A DNA stretch of 64,000 bases from Bacillota bacterium (GTDB lineage Bacteria > Bacillota > Limnochordia > DTU080 > JAAYLA01), in contig JAAYLA010000375.1 in the NCBI GenBank assembly GCA_012522135.1, forward strand, positions 20,309 through 84,308, written 5' to 3'. Every line of letters starts with the position of its first letter. The first letter of the stretch is position 1. Positions 19,962-29,271 of this stretch are shown here, piece by piece. The notes under the pieces were generated by a model, which was not told the DNA's origin, did not search any database, and saw only the letters and a program-made list of their open reading frames with translations. The position numbers were made by a program, and so were the translations under genes.

Positions 19962-20582
19962 ATGGCGCAGTTTCGGGTCGGGCGCAGGCTCGTCCTCAGT
20001 CTGCTCGTCGGGCTCATCGTCTGCTTGTCCGCTGTCCAGACGGCCTTCGCCGAAACCGAGCAAGAAGGGCGCGTCTACCGTTTGGGCGACCGCATCCTGA
20101 CGCTCGGCTCTTGGGGTGCCGACGTCTTCGAGCTGCAGCTCGAGTTGAACCGGGCCGGCTACGACGTAGTCGCCGACGGGCTTTTCGGACGCCAGACTCA
20201 GCTGGCAGTCTTGTCTTTGCAGGTGGCCAGTGGTCTGGAGCCCGATGGCATCGTCGGACCAGCCACTCTGGCGGCGCTGCGCTCGCAGTTTGGCACGATG
20301 GAGTACGTCGTTCAGCCAGGTGACTCCTTGTGGGTGATTGCCCGGCGCTTCGATACGACGATGGACGAAATCGTCGCCCTCAACCGGCTGACCACGTCCG
20401 TCTTACAAGTGGGTCAGCGTCTGCAAGTGCCCGCGCCGCGTACATACATCGTTCAGGAGGGCGACACCTTGAGCGCAATTGCAGTCCGGTTCCAGACGAC
20501 GGTGCAAGCGCTCGCGGCCCTCAACGACATCCGCGATCCGAACCGCATCCGGGTCGGCATGGAGCTCCGCCTGCCCCGCTAA
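19962..20582 (+). CDS. secreted peptidoglycan-binding protein with PG_binding_1 and two LysM domains
   Basis: Signal peptide MAQFRVGRRLVLSLLVGLIVCLSAVQTAFA after an AGGAGGG RBS. A PGRP-like repeat is followed by two LysM-like repeats (YVVQPGDSLWVIARRF.., YIVQEGDTLSAIAVRF..). Confidence 0.75.
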   Translation: MAQFRVGRRLVLSLLVGLIVCLSAVQTAFAETEQEGRVYRLGDRILTLGSWGADVFELQLELNRAGYDVVADGLFGRQTQLAVLSLQVASGLEPDGIVGPATLAALRSQFGTMEYVVQPGDSLWVIARRFDTTMDEIVALNRLTTSVLQVGQRLQVPAPRTYIVQEGDTLSAIAVRFQTTVQALAALNDIRDPNRIRVGMELRLPR

Positions 20583-21217
20583 GCCGGAAGAAAGGCCGGG
20601 GACATCTCCCGCCATTTGGCAGTCCCGCTCAGCAGGTCGTCGATACTCTGCCTCAGTGCCGCAGCCTGCCGGCGCGGCACTGCGAGCTCCACCTCGACCG
20701 CGGTGCCGAAGCGGGGATCGCCGACCTTGATCTCTTCCGTCCGTAAATAGAACTCCAGCTTGCCCCAATGGGCGTAGTCGCATCGAAGCTGCCAGCGTTC
20801 GTGCAGCACGTACTCGACGACACCTGCGGCCGCAACGGCCTGGCTCGCGGTGCCCGCGTAGGCGCGCACGAGCCCCGCGGCCCCGAGCAACGTGCCGCCG
20901 AAGTAACGGGTGACGACGACGACCGTGTTGGTGAGTCCCTCCCGTTCGATTACCTCCAAGATAGGTCGTCCCGCCGTGCCGGAAGGCTCGCCGTCGTCGT
21001 TCATGCGGACGACCCGCCCCGGATAGCCCGTGATGTAGGCGTAGCAGTGATGGGTCGCCGTCGGGAATTCGGCCCGTACGGCGTCGATGAACGCCAACGC
21101 CGCCGACTCATCGGGTACGGGCGCGATGTCGCCGATGAAACGGCTCTTTTTTATTTCTACCTCAACCCGCGCCCTTTGGCGCACGGATGTGTAACGTTCG
21201 TCACCTGACAGCTCCAT
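20579..21217 (-). CDS. yigZ: YigZ / IMPACT family protein (UPF0029)
   Basis: ERYTSVRQRARVEVEIKKSRFIGDIAPV...HHCYAY...GEPSGTAG, typical of YigZ. Confidence 0.75.
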   Translation of the reverse strand: MELSGDERYTSVRQRARVEVEIKKSRFIGDIAPVPDESAALAFIDAVRAEFPTATHHCYAYITGYPGRVVRMNDDGEPSGTAGRPILEVIEREGLTNTVVVVTRYFGGTLLGAAGLVRAYAGTASQAVAAAGVVEYVLHERWQLRCDYAHWGKLEFYLRTEEIKVGDPRFGTAVEVELAVPRRQAAALRQSIDDLLSGTAKWREMSPAFLPA

Positions 21218-21294
21218 CGCCCCCTGCAAAAAGAGGAACACCGGCCCCGCCGGGCGAACCAGCAACTTTGAATCATCGACGGGGATGTGGTGCC

Positions 21295-21513
21295 ATGGGA
21301 CCGTGGATCATGTTCCTCTTCCTTAACGTAGCCATCCTATATTTCATCTACCTCGCGCTTGTGCGCCCTGAAGTGGTGGTAGGTTGGCTCGGCGCTCGCA
21401 CAAAGGGCCGCTTGGACCGCCAGTTCCGCTACCGGGCCGTCGTGCGCTTCGTCGGCGCTGTGGCCTTGTGCACGCTCGCCGTGCTCAACTTCCTTTTCAT
21501 CCGGTGGACTTAG
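21295..21513 (+). CDS. small two-TM membrane protein (hypothetical)
   Basis: MGPWIMFLFLNVAILYFIYLAL...VVRFVGAVALCTLAVLNFLFIRWT; an RBS-like GGGGATGTGGTG lies upstream. Confidence 0.4.
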   Translation: MGPWIMFLFLNVAILYFIYLALVRPEVVVGWLGARTKGRLDRQFRYRAVVRFVGAVALCTLAVLNFLFIRWT

Positions 21514-21554
21514 GCGCGGCGGCACGGGTGCCAAGCGCACCCGCACTCCCGGCC

Positions 21555-22253
21555 TCACACCCAGGCCCGCACCGCGGCCTGCCGCAAGGCATCGATGGCT
21601 TCGGCCATGGGCACATCCGGGTCGTTTTGTCCGTACAGGGACACATAATCGATGTAACTGACGCGGTGTAATTCCCGCATTACACCTGCCACGATGGCTT
21701 CATCGGCACAACGCCACGCGGGGCTCGGCACCCGTACATGCTGTACGTACCCGTGCGCCTCGCGTAGAAGCTGCCTGGGATCGTCACCCAATAGGCCCGC
21801 TGCCTCTACGTCTAGAACAATTCCGATGCCGCGGCCGTCCAGCCTTTCGCACCAAGAGATAAGCGGCACATAAGAAGCCTGCAGCGCTGGATCGTTTCCG
21901 GTCCTGACGGTGAGCAGAAGCCGCGTGCCGCGCTGGAAAGCGAGTTCGCCGAGTCGCAGTACGGCACGGGTGGCTTCGTCGACGGTGTCCGGCTCTACCC
22001 GCACGGCTGCGGCCACGCCTTGCGCGCCCCTTGCCCGCGCCGCCCGGAACCAGCCGTCCCACATCTCCACGTCGACACGGTTCCCATCGCCCAACACGAC
22101 GTGCGCGTCGAACAGACACGGCTTGAGCCCGGCGGGCAGTCCGGTTGCGGCCCGGCCAGCGGGCACCTCGACGCCACGCAAACCGAACTCGACCAGCTCT
22201 TCATCCGACAGGGAGGCCGGCTCCCTGAGCGAAAAGTGGATCGCCAACTTCAT
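21555..22253 (-). CDS. sugar phosphate isomerase/epimerase (xylose isomerase-like TIM barrel) family protein
   Basis: Family-level resemblance only; 233 aa. Confidence 0.4.
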   Translation of the reverse strand: MKLAIHFSLREPASLSDEELVEFGLRGVEVPAGRAATGLPAGLKPCLFDAHVVLGDGNRVDVEMWDGWFRAARARGAQGVAAAVRVEPDTVDEATRAVLRLGELAFQRGTRLLLTVRTGNDPALQASYVPLISWCERLDGRGIGIVLDVEAAGLLGDDPRQLLREAHGYVQHVRVPSPAWRCADEAIVAGVMRELHRVSYIDYVSLYGQNDPDVPMAEAIDALRQAAVRAWV

Positions 22254-22347
22254 TGATCGCACCGCCTTTCCCGTCGTCTTGGGGCCCGCCGGTTGTGTCT
22301 TTGTTGCCCCCTATGCTATGCTGGGCTGAGAGAAGGAGGAGCTCGAC

Positions 22348-23055
22348 GTGGAGCAGAATCAGCCCGTTATCTCAACCGAGCGAAGCTCTGAAGAACGGGT
22401 CCGGGCCATTTTAGACGAGCTGGCCGCGCTCTATCCGGACGCGCGCTGCGAGTTGAATCATTCCAGTCCCTTTGAACTCCTCGTAGCCACGATCCTTTCC
22501 GCGCAAAGCACCGATGCGCGGGTCAACATGGTGACGGAACGCCTGTTCCGCAAGTACAACACTCCGGAAGACTTCGCCTCCCTCCGGCCGGACGACTTGG
22601 CCGAAGAGATCAAGGAACTCGGGCTTTACCGCAACAAAGCGCGACATATCGTAGAGGCGGCGCGCCGCATCGTAGAAGAGCACGATGGCCGTGTTCCGTC
22701 CGAACGCGAGGCGCTGGAAGCCCTGCCGGGCGTCGGACGCAAGACGGCCAACGTCATATTATCGAATGCATTTGGAATACCCGCCCTCGCGGTGGACACC
22801 CATGTGTTTCGTGTCTCACGCCGCTTGGGCCTGGCCTCGGGAAAAACCCCCGAACAAGTGGAACGCGAGCTGATGAACCGCATCCCGCGCCGGGAGTGGA
22901 CGATTACACATCACCGCCTCATCTACCACGGGCGCAGAATGTGCCATGCACGGCGTCCGGACTGTGCGTCATGCCCGCTGCGGCCGTACTGTGCGTACGC
23001 CGGCGGCAGCACAGCGGGCGATCCAGCCGAAGGCCTTAGCGCAGCGGGCGATTGA
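22348..23055 (+). CDS. nth: endonuclease III (DNA glycosylase/AP lyase, HhH-GPD, 4Fe-4S)
   Basis: LVATILSAQSTD...LPGVGRKTANVIL HhH-GPD motif and a C-terminal CxxxxxxCxxCxxxxxC cluster; GTG start after AAGGAGGAG. Confidence 0.9.
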   Translation: MEQNQPVISTERSSEERVRAILDELAALYPDARCELNHSSPFELLVATILSAQSTDARVNMVTERLFRKYNTPEDFASLRPDDLAEEIKELGLYRNKARHIVEAARRIVEEHDGRVPSEREALEALPGVGRKTANVILSNAFGIPALAVDTHVFRVSRRLGLASGKTPEQVERELMNRIPRREWTITHHRLIYHGRRMCHARRPDCASCPLRPYCAYAGGSTAGDPAEGLSAAGD

Positions 23056-23491
23056 TCCAGGCCCAGCGGTCAAGAGCCAGTGCCAGATTGGCCGCCCAAA
23101 CCTCGGCCAACGCGATTTGGGTCGACTGGTTCAATGCCGCGTGCTTTTCGTCAACCTCTACGATCAGGTGGTCGGCAACGTAAATTTGAGGATCGCCCTT
23201 CTCGGGAACGACGATACGCACGGCACTGCCGTCCAAGGGCTGACCCGCTTCAAGGCCCGGGCGCAGCGCGTCGGCAAGCCGCTGCCAAATGAGCTCTCGA
23301 TATTCGTAGATGGTCATGTCACCGACCGGCACGCGGACCCGCATGAAAACGATGCCCGTTCCCGGCACGTCGACCGCCAAGACCGTGGGAGCCATTTCAG
23401 TAGCAGGTTGAGCCGCCTCTTCGGCCATGGCGACGGCACCCAAACCAACGAAACACATTGCGATCAATAGCACAGTGATGGCCTTTCTCAT
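23036..23491 (-). CDS. secreted hypothetical protein (signal peptide)
   Basis: MRKAITVLLIAMCFVGLGAVAMA-EEAAQP; GAGGAGGT RBS; its 3' end overlaps the nth 3' end by 20 nt in convergent orientation. Confidence 0.5.
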   Translation of the reverse strand: MRKAITVLLIAMCFVGLGAVAMAEEAAQPATEMAPTVLAVDVPGTGIVFMRVRVPVGDMTIYEYRELIWQRLADALRPGLEAGQPLDGSAVRIVVPEKGDPQIYVADHLIVEVDEKHAALNQSTQIALAEVWAANLALALDRWAWINRPLR

Positions 23492-23627
23492 GGTGCGGAC
23501 CTCCTCGCAATCTGATCGGCTTCCATCTCAAGATTCGTTACCATTGGTGCATTTCCTCCCGTTCTCCGAAGCCGCTCGAGGCACGGTACTGGGCGATTGC
23601 CGCCGGCCAAGGCCAGCGCACACGCGC

Positions 23628-23661
23628 ATGAAAACACGGAGCGGCTAGCCGCTCCGTGTTC
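23628..23661 (-). terminator. rho-independent terminator (12-bp perfect stem ACACGGAGCGGC-ta-GCCGCTCCGTGT + U-tract)
   Basis: Perfect hairpin, followed on the minus strand by TTTTCAT; it lies 38 nt downstream of the small secreted-peptide gene. Confidence 0.7.
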
Positions 23662-23698
23662 GTACATGCACCCACAGCGCGTAAGGGTCTCGGTCTTC

Positions 23699-23893
23699 TT
23701 AGAGCCAGTTATCCCAAGGCGGAATGATCGGATCCGGACCTTCGGCGCCCAACGGGCGAACCGTGCCGGCGCCGGCTTCCCCGCCGAAAGCATCCACCAC
23801 CTGTACGTCGGCCGACGAAAAGTCAGCCGCAACCGCACCGACCGACAGAGCGAGCAACAACACGATCGTCGCAACGAAGATTCTCGTCTTCAC
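23699..23893 (-). CDS. small secreted peptide precursor (hypothetical, ~40-aa mature peptide)
   Basis: GTG start after an AGGGAGAGG RBS; signal peptide MKTRIFVATIVLLLALSVGAVA-ADFSS; followed by its own strong terminator. Confidence 0.5.
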   Translation of the reverse strand: MKTRIFVATIVLLLALSVGAVAADFSSADVQVVDAFGGEAGAGTVRPLGAEGPDPIIPPWDNWL

Positions 23894-23926
23894 GGCTTTC
23901 CTCTCCCTTTCTCCTGTGCTGGTGAG

Positions 23927-25450
23927 TTAAAGCTCCAGATCTCCAAGTCCCGGTGCTTTGTGGAGCTCTGCGAAAAGCTCCACCAGCCCCTGATCGAACT
24001 TGCGACCGGCTTCTTTCGCCAGGTACTCCATCGCGCGTGGGTGCAGCCGATCATCCGGTTCACCGATTGTCGCTTGCCGTACGTACGCGTCTGCAATCGC
24101 CAAAATCCTCGCCGTGACCGGGATCTCGTCTCCGGCCAATCCGTCCGGATACCCCCTCCCGTCCACTCGCTCGTGCTGGTGACGGATGGCCTGCCTACAC
24201 TCATCCGAAACCGCCACCATCCGCAACACCCGTTCCGTCAACACCAGACTGCGATCGTCGTCGCCCTCGCCTCTCGCCTCGCCGGCCAAAAAATCGCCGC
24301 CCAACGTGACGCCGACGTTTGCCAGACGGGCCGCTTGGCTGAGGCTCTCTCGGGAAGCAGCGGGCAGGCCGTAAGCGTCGGCTAGAATAAGGGCGTATTT
24401 CGTGACGAGTTCCGCCTTGCCCCGCAGCTCGGGATAGAGACCTTCCAAAGTGTCCATCAGACCGAGCAACGTCGTCAGATTCCGCAGAATCTCACGGTCT
24501 TGCCACTCGATGCCTACCCGAGACGTCGTAGTTCCGTGCCGCGCGTGGATGACGTCGTCGAGTTCACGGGTAACGGCCGCCCATTCCCGCCACTGGTTGA
24601 GCTGCCCGTAGTACGTGCTGGCCCGTTGCAAATACCCGATCGCCCCCTGCCTGTCCCCGGTACGGGCGGCGACGGAGCCGAAGACCCGGCACAGGCGGGC
24701 GACCTCCCGCTTGTCCATAAAAGCTACGTTTTCCCACAAGGTCTGCAGCGCATTCCGGCAATACCTGATGGCCGCCGGCAGATCGCCCCGGTGGTAGTAC
24801 AGCCGGCCCAGCTCCGTCAACGTATAGACCGACCGCCCTACCTCGTTTAGCCGCTCCTTCATCGCCAGGGCCTGCTGCAAGAGCTTTTCACCTTGGTCGT
24901 AGTCGCCCGTTTCGATACAGATCAGGCCGAGGTTATTCAAGGCTCGACTGATGCCGTTCGCATCGCCGATGGCCTGGCAACGCTGCAGTGCGGCGTAATT
25001 GTGCCGGTACGCTTGTTCCCATTCGCCACGGGCTATGTACAGTTTGCCGAGTAACAGGTCGACTTCCCCGCGATACTCCGCGTCACCCTCCTGCTCCAAC
25101 ACCTGCCATACCTTCTGCGCGTAATAGAGCGATTCATCCACTACGCCCTTCATGTCGTAGGCCAACGCCAGATTGAAGAGCACCATCTTGCTGCGGTGCC
25201 TACCTACTGCGGCGCCGTGTTTTTCAATGAGCGAGAGGGCCTCCTCAAACTGCTTGAGCGCACGATCGGGCTCGTTCATATTGAGCCAGTTCACGCCCGA
25301 CAGCAGCAGGACTTGGACTTGATCCCGATAAAGCCCCTTCGCCTTGACCAGCTCGTAAAGTTGGCTTAACACGTCGCGCGCCGCGAGCGGCAGTCCTCCG
25401 TGAGTTTTCACGAGGAAGAGACTGTAGCTTCGCATGCGCTCCAAATTCAC
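23927..25450 (-). CDS. TPR-repeat protein with a C-terminal degenerate HD-GYP domain
   Basis: Multiple TPR-like repeats. The C-terminus has HQHERVDGRGYPDGLAGDEIP (the HHE...GYP signature), but the LHDIGK position reads LANVGV. The probable start is the GTG at 25450 after GGGGAG. Confidence 0.7.
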   Translation of the reverse strand: MNLERMRSYSLFLVKTHGGLPLAARDVLSQLYELVKAKGLYRDQVQVLLLSGVNWLNMNEPDRALKQFEEALSLIEKHGAAVGRHRSKMVLFNLALAYDMKGVVDESLYYAQKVWQVLEQEGDAEYRGEVDLLLGKLYIARGEWEQAYRHNYAALQRCQAIGDANGISRALNNLGLICIETGDYDQGEKLLQQALAMKERLNEVGRSVYTLTELGRLYYHRGDLPAAIRYCRNALQTLWENVAFMDKREVARLCRVFGSVAARTGDRQGAIGYLQRASTYYGQLNQWREWAAVTRELDDVIHARHGTTTSRVGIEWQDREILRNLTTLLGLMDTLEGLYPELRGKAELVTKYALILADAYGLPAASRESLSQAARLANVGVTLGGDFLAGEARGEGDDDRSLVLTERVLRMVAVSDECRQAIRHQHERVDGRGYPDGLAGDEIPVTARILAIADAYVRQATIGEPDDRLHPRAMEYLAKEAGRKFDQGLVELFAELHKAPGLGDLEL

Positions 25451-25765
25451 GACAGTCTCCCCTTTAAGCAAAAGGCTCGTTCCAAGCCGAAGCAAGGGCA
25501 TGCCAGGAACGAGCACTACGTCCTCATGCGGAGCGGCAACCAGACAGTCATAGCTGCGCGTGCGCGCGGCCTTAGACTCACGGCTTTGCGTCCCCGGCTT
25601 TCACCGGGTTTGCCCTTGACTTCTCCGTATTCAATTGAGTGCGCTCTTCGCGCGCAGAAGGATCACGCGTCATGAAGTTCGACCAAATGGCCCGGATTCC
25701 TGCTCAGTTTCGAAAAATTTCTTTAACGGACGAGGAATGCACACGGAATCAGAGAGCAGGCTCGT

Positions 25766-26260
25766 TCAGACGGCTCCCGGCGGCTGCTTACGCCGGGTCA
25801 GGTGCAGTATCCTGAAGGGGTATTCGTTTTCCGGACCCTTGTCGTACCGGGCGATCTCCTCCACGTCCCACTCGCCCACCAGCTCTGGAAAGCGCGTGTC
25901 TCCGTCCACGTGTGCGTCCACTTCCGTCATAAAAATTTCTTCGGCCAAGGGCATGAACGCTTCGTAAACGGACTCGCCGCCGATGACGAACGCGTCGCCG
26001 CCGGAAATCTGTAGTGCTTCAGCCGGGGAGCGCGCCACGAGCACGCCTTCCGCTCGAAAGGACGGATCGCGCGTCAAGACGATGTTTCGCCGGTCAGCCA
26101 ACGGCCCGCCGATCGATTCGAAGGTCTTGCGGCCCATGATCACCGTGCTGCCTAGCGTCGTCCGGCGAAAGAACCGCATATCATCCCGCAGCCGCCATGG
26201 AATGCCTCCGCCCGCGCCGATGACGCCGTTGCGGCTGCGGGCGACGATCAGGCGGATCAT
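25766..26260 (-). CDS. folA: dihydrofolate reductase
   Basis: [31 protein letters not shown], the classic DHFR N-terminus. Confidence 0.9.
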   Translation of the reverse strand: MIRLIVARSRNGVIGAGGGIPWRLRDDMRFFRRTTLGSTVIMGRKTFESIGGPLADRRNIVLTRDPSFRAEGVLVARSPAEALQISGGDAFVIGGESVYEAFMPLAEEIFMTEVDAHVDGDTRFPELVGEWDVEEIARYDKGPENEYPFRILHLTRRKQPPGAV

Positions 26261-27063
26261 ACGCTCACCTCGCCTTTAATGTGAGGGTGTGGATCGTAGC
26301 CCTCGATCTCGATGTCCTCAAAGCGGAACCCGTCGATCGACTTGACGGCCGGATTCAGGCGCAAGCGAGGAAGGGGCCGCGGCTCGCGCGTCAGCTGCAG
26401 GCGCACTTGTTCGATATGGTTATTGTAGATATGGGCGTCGCCTAGCGTGTGTACGAATTCGCCGGGCTCAAGGCCCACTACCTGAGCAACCATCATGGTG
26501 AGCAAGGAGTAGCTAGCTATATTGAAAGGCAGGCCGATGAAATAGTCGGCGGAACGCTGGTAAAGCTGACATGAGAGCCTGCCTTCCGCCACGTAAAACT
26601 GGAAGAGGGCATGGCACGGACGAAGTGCCATTTGATCGAGTTCGCCGGCATTCCACGCACTCACAATGATGCCCCGGTCGTTCGGGTTCGTCTTCAGAAG
26701 GTCAATGGCTCGGCTGATCTGGTCGACGGTACGCAGCCTTCCTTGCGCGTCGAGGTATCGCCAACTGCGCCACTGAACTCCGTAGATGCGGCCGAGCTCC
26801 CCGTTTTCGTCGGCCCAGGGATCCCAAATACGTACGTTGTTTTGCCTCAGGTAGTCGATGTTGCTCTCGCCGCGCAAGAACCAAAGCAATTCGTAAATGA
26901 TCGAACGCACGTGAAGCCGTTTTGTCGTAAGAAGCGGGAAGCCCTTCTGCCAGTCAAAGCGCATCTGGTACCCGAAGACGCTGATGGTTCCCGTGCCTGT
27001 CCGATCATCTTTCGGTACGCCGTTTTCCAATATGTGCCTGCCCAAGTCGAGGTATTGCTGCAT
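26257..27063 (-). CDS. thyA: thymidylate synthase
   Basis: [15 protein letters not shown]...DRTGTGT...CHALFQFYV active-site region; overlaps folA as ATGA. Confidence 0.95.
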   Translation of the reverse strand: MQQYLDLGRHILENGVPKDDRTGTGTISVFGYQMRFDWQKGFPLLTTKRLHVRSIIYELLWFLRGESNIDYLRQNNVRIWDPWADENGELGRIYGVQWRSWRYLDAQGRLRTVDQISRAIDLLKTNPNDRGIIVSAWNAGELDQMALRPCHALFQFYVAEGRLSCQLYQRSADYFIGLPFNIASYSLLTMMVAQVVGLEPGEFVHTLGDAHIYNNHIEQVRLQLTREPRPLPRLRLNPAVKSIDGFRFEDIEIEGYDPHPHIKGEVSV

Positions 27064-27254
27064 CCAGGTCTCTCCTCCCTAGGCTCTATTCTCGCACACT
27101 TCAGCCCGGGGAAGAAGCCCTGCGCATGAGTGAAGTTTGCTGGGGACGCGATACCTGATTTCCGCCCCGGATCGGCAGCTAGGATGGCCGCCGTTGTCAT
27201 CCGGTGCGGGATTGGGACCGGTTCCCTTGACTCGGTCCAAGCCGTGCCGGTACG

Positions 27255-27283
27255 TTGACACGTCCCTTGGGTATTGATATAAT
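27255..27283 (+). promoter_or_regulatory. near-perfect sigma-A promoter: TTGACA-17 nt-TATAAT with extended -10 (TGaTATAAT)
   Basis: TTGACA at 27255-27260, 17-nt spacer, TATAAT at 27278-27283 preceded by TGa; it lies ~40 nt upstream of the small acidic ORF. Confidence 0.6.
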
Positions 27284-27323
27284 GCGCCGTGTTTAGCAAG
27301 ACATCCGAGAGGGGCTAAGGGAT

Positions 27324-27554
27324 TTGAGTCACTTCAACAGGTTGGACGACTTTTTCGAGGGCGGTTTCGACCCTGAGTCCGAGGGAGAAGGCGAGGAGCT
27401 CGAGGGGCTGGAACCGTTCACATTTAACATCTCGTTCCCCGAAGCACCCGACCAGGTCCGTCAGAACGTGAAGCTCGTTCAAGGACGACTGGTCGTCTCA
27501 TTCGAATTCGTCTTTGACGACGTCGACCTTCTTGACAGTGGCGAAGACGATTAG
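27324..27554 (+). CDS. small highly acidic hypothetical protein (76 aa, TTG start)
   Basis: ORF immediately downstream of the consensus promoter; AAGGGA/GAGAGGGG RBS-like element; about 30% D/E content. Confidence 0.35.
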   Translation: MSHFNRLDDFFEGGFDPESEGEGEELEGLEPFTFNISFPEAPDQVRQNVKLVQGRLVVSFEFVFDDVDLLDSGEDD

Positions 27555-27555
27555 C

Positions 27556-27596
27556 GCGCCCCGCAGCTCCGACGGTGGACCTGCCGGGGCGCTTTC
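27556..27596. terminator. stem-loop GCGCCCCG-N21-CGGGGCGC followed by TTTCA, between the convergent acidic ORF and lepB
   Basis: 8-bp GC stem with a long loop; candidate bidirectional terminator. Confidence 0.3.
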
Positions 27597-27611
27597 ACAT
27601 TCATATGGAAA

Positions 27612-28199
27612 CTACGGCGAGGCCCAAGCCACTCCGTCCGAGTCGATGAAGCCGGTCCGGGGCAGCGGCCAGTACCGGACGGCGGCACGTCCTACAATGA
27701 GCTCCCGCGGTATGGGTCCCACCCTCGGGCTGCGGCTGTCTTCAGAGTTGTTGCGGTTGTCGCCGAGGACGAAGTAGTGTCCTTCCGGCACTGTATAGGG
27801 CCCGAACTTGCCGAAGGTGGGCCCATTGATGTAGTCCTCCACGATCGGCTGGCCGTTTACGAATAGCATGCCCTGGGCGATGGCAATTACATCGCCCGGA
27901 AGGCCGACGACGCGCTTGATATAATACTGGCTCGGGTCCGCCGGATAGCGGAACACGATGATGTCACCGTAGGTCGGCTCGCGAAAGTAGTAGCTGACCT
28001 TGTCGATGAGCAGCCGTTCACCGGACTGCAGCGTCGGCTGCATGGAAGGGCCGTCGACGGTGAATGCACGTGCAACGAACAAAAGGATGACTATCGCGAG
28101 CGCGGCCGCCGTAAGAAACGTTTCCCCCAGCTCGCGGATGACGGACTTTTCCGCGGGCGCACGGCCGGCTATCGGCGATCGGTGCGGTGAGAGGCTCAC
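27612..28199 (-). CDS. lepB: signal peptidase I
   Basis: TM anchor, then the GPSMQPTL catalytic Ser box and a GDNRNNSEDSR box. The start is placed at the GTG after CAGGAGGCGG; the ORF-track TTG at 28295 is a probable extension. Confidence 0.85.
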   Translation of the reverse strand: MSLSPHRSPIAGRAPAEKSVIRELGETFLTAAALAIVILLFVARAFTVDGPSMQPTLQSGERLLIDKVSYYFREPTYGDIIVFRYPADPSQYYIKRVVGLPGDVIAIAQGMLFVNGQPIVEDYINGPTFGKFGPYTVPEGHYFVLGDNRNNSEDSRSPRVGPIPRELIVGRAAVRYWPLPRTGFIDSDGVAWASP

Positions 28200-28328
28200 T
28201 TGTGCCGCCTCCTGAAACCAAGTGGACTGAAATGGCTTCCCTGATGACCTCCCGAATGCTTTCCAATTCTTTAAAGACCGGGCCAATCCCTGCAAGAGAT
28301 GGTATGACCGGCCGCGGGCGGGAGTCGC

Positions 28329-28931
28329 TCAGAAGCGCCACAGGCACCTGGAGGAGACCTCTTTGTAAAGCGGCACGACCCGGCGGAAAGTCTGCGGATC
28401 GCGTCGGGCAAGCGCGCTTTCGATTTCTTGGCGCAACGATATGCTGAGGAGCAGCAGGTCGATCTGCTCTTGAATGATCTCGCGTACCATAAACTCGAGG
28501 TACTCGCGGCCCAAAGTGCTCATGGGCAAGGCCGGATTGGGCTCGATGACCTCCTCGTACCAGTCGGGTATGGGACCCGCGAAGGAAAAGACGACATACA
28601 ACCTTCCCTTAAACTCACGCAAAGTCCGGATGGCCTCCAACGGCTCGCTGATGCAAACCGTCCGGTCGCGCCGGGTGTGGCGGATGAGCCGTCCGTTGAC
28701 GATGGTCACCTCTTCGCACTGGTGCGCTCCGAGCTCTAGTTCAAACCCCGTGCGCGGACTTCCGAGCTCGGAGATGAGCATGGTGTCGGGGAGAAAATCG
28801 CGATTGCGCACGAAAGTAAGGCGGCGCAAAAGATCCGGTTCCTCCAGCAAGAACTGCAACAGGAACTTGCTCATGGGATGTTTATGTGGCAAACGGCTGA
28901 ATCGTCGTACCGCTTCGCGTTTGGCTTTCAT
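28329..28931 (-). CDS. hypothetical protein (no recognisable domain)
   Basis: 200 aa counted from the ATG after a GGGGTGA RBS; it lies upstream of lepB on the same strand and divergent from imuB. Confidence 0.4.
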   Translation of the reverse strand: MKAKREAVRRFSRLPHKHPMSKFLLQFLLEEPDLLRRLTFVRNRDFLPDTMLISELGSPRTGFELELGAHQCEEVTIVNGRLIRHTRRDRTVCISEPLEAIRTLREFKGRLYVVFSFAGPIPDWYEEVIEPNPALPMSTLGREYLEFMVREIIQEQIDLLLLSISLRQEIESALARRDPQTFRRVVPLYKEVSSRCLWRF

Positions 28932-29205
28932 GATCGTCACCCCGGGATCGTGAAAACCGTGGTTCCGGTGCACAAACAGGTTAGCCTTTAACTCACTTAT
29001 ATGTGACGTCCCTGCAGGTTCATGCCCTTTTCCCACCGGCTCGCCCGCAGGACGGTGGTTGCGTCTATTCTATAGGACAAAAGACGTTCGCTCCATAGTA
29101 CTTTCGGCCCTTTTCTCCTCGTACCAAATGACGTGTCCCAGGGAGGTTTCTCTCCCTTCCACACGTGCCGCGCGCGTATGCCAGTTTTTTCAAGCTCCTC
29201 TCCCC

Positions 29206-29233
29206 TTGATCCCGAACGCCTGTGCGGTATAAT
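29206..29233 (+). promoter_or_regulatory. promoter TTGATC-16 nt-TATAAT upstream of imuB-dnaE2
   Basis: -35 TTGATC at 29206-29211 and -10 TATAAT at 29228-29233. A degenerate LexA box, CGAACGCCTGTGCG at 29213-29226, fills the spacer. Confidence 0.5.
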
Positions 29234-29255
29234 ATGGATTGCAAACCTCTGTTCG

Positions 29256-29269
29256 GGAACAGGTGTTCG
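29256..29269 (+). promoter_or_regulatory. LexA (Cheo-type) operator gGAACAGGTGTTCG, GAAC-N4-GTTC
   Basis: Exact GAAC-N4-GTTC core between the -10 box and the imuB ATG at 29272. Confidence 0.6.
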
Positions 29270-29271
29270 CC

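Noticed and set aside
25590-25610. CCCGG-N6-CCGGG hairpin followed by a T-rich stretch on the plus strand
   Set aside because: No plus-strand gene ends upstream of it. It lies in the folA/TPR-gene spacer and is more likely incidental, or part of the minus-strand promoter region.
28932-29036. N-terminal extension of the 235-aa hypothetical ORF, and similar 5' extensions (lepB 28200..28295, SDR 34294..34668, rpmD, rplM, yigZ, nirK, crp, imuB)
   Set aside because: Internal ATG/GTG codons with good Shine-Dalgarno spacing give proteins of canonical length. The longer ORF-track starts have no RBS, or overlap upstream genes.
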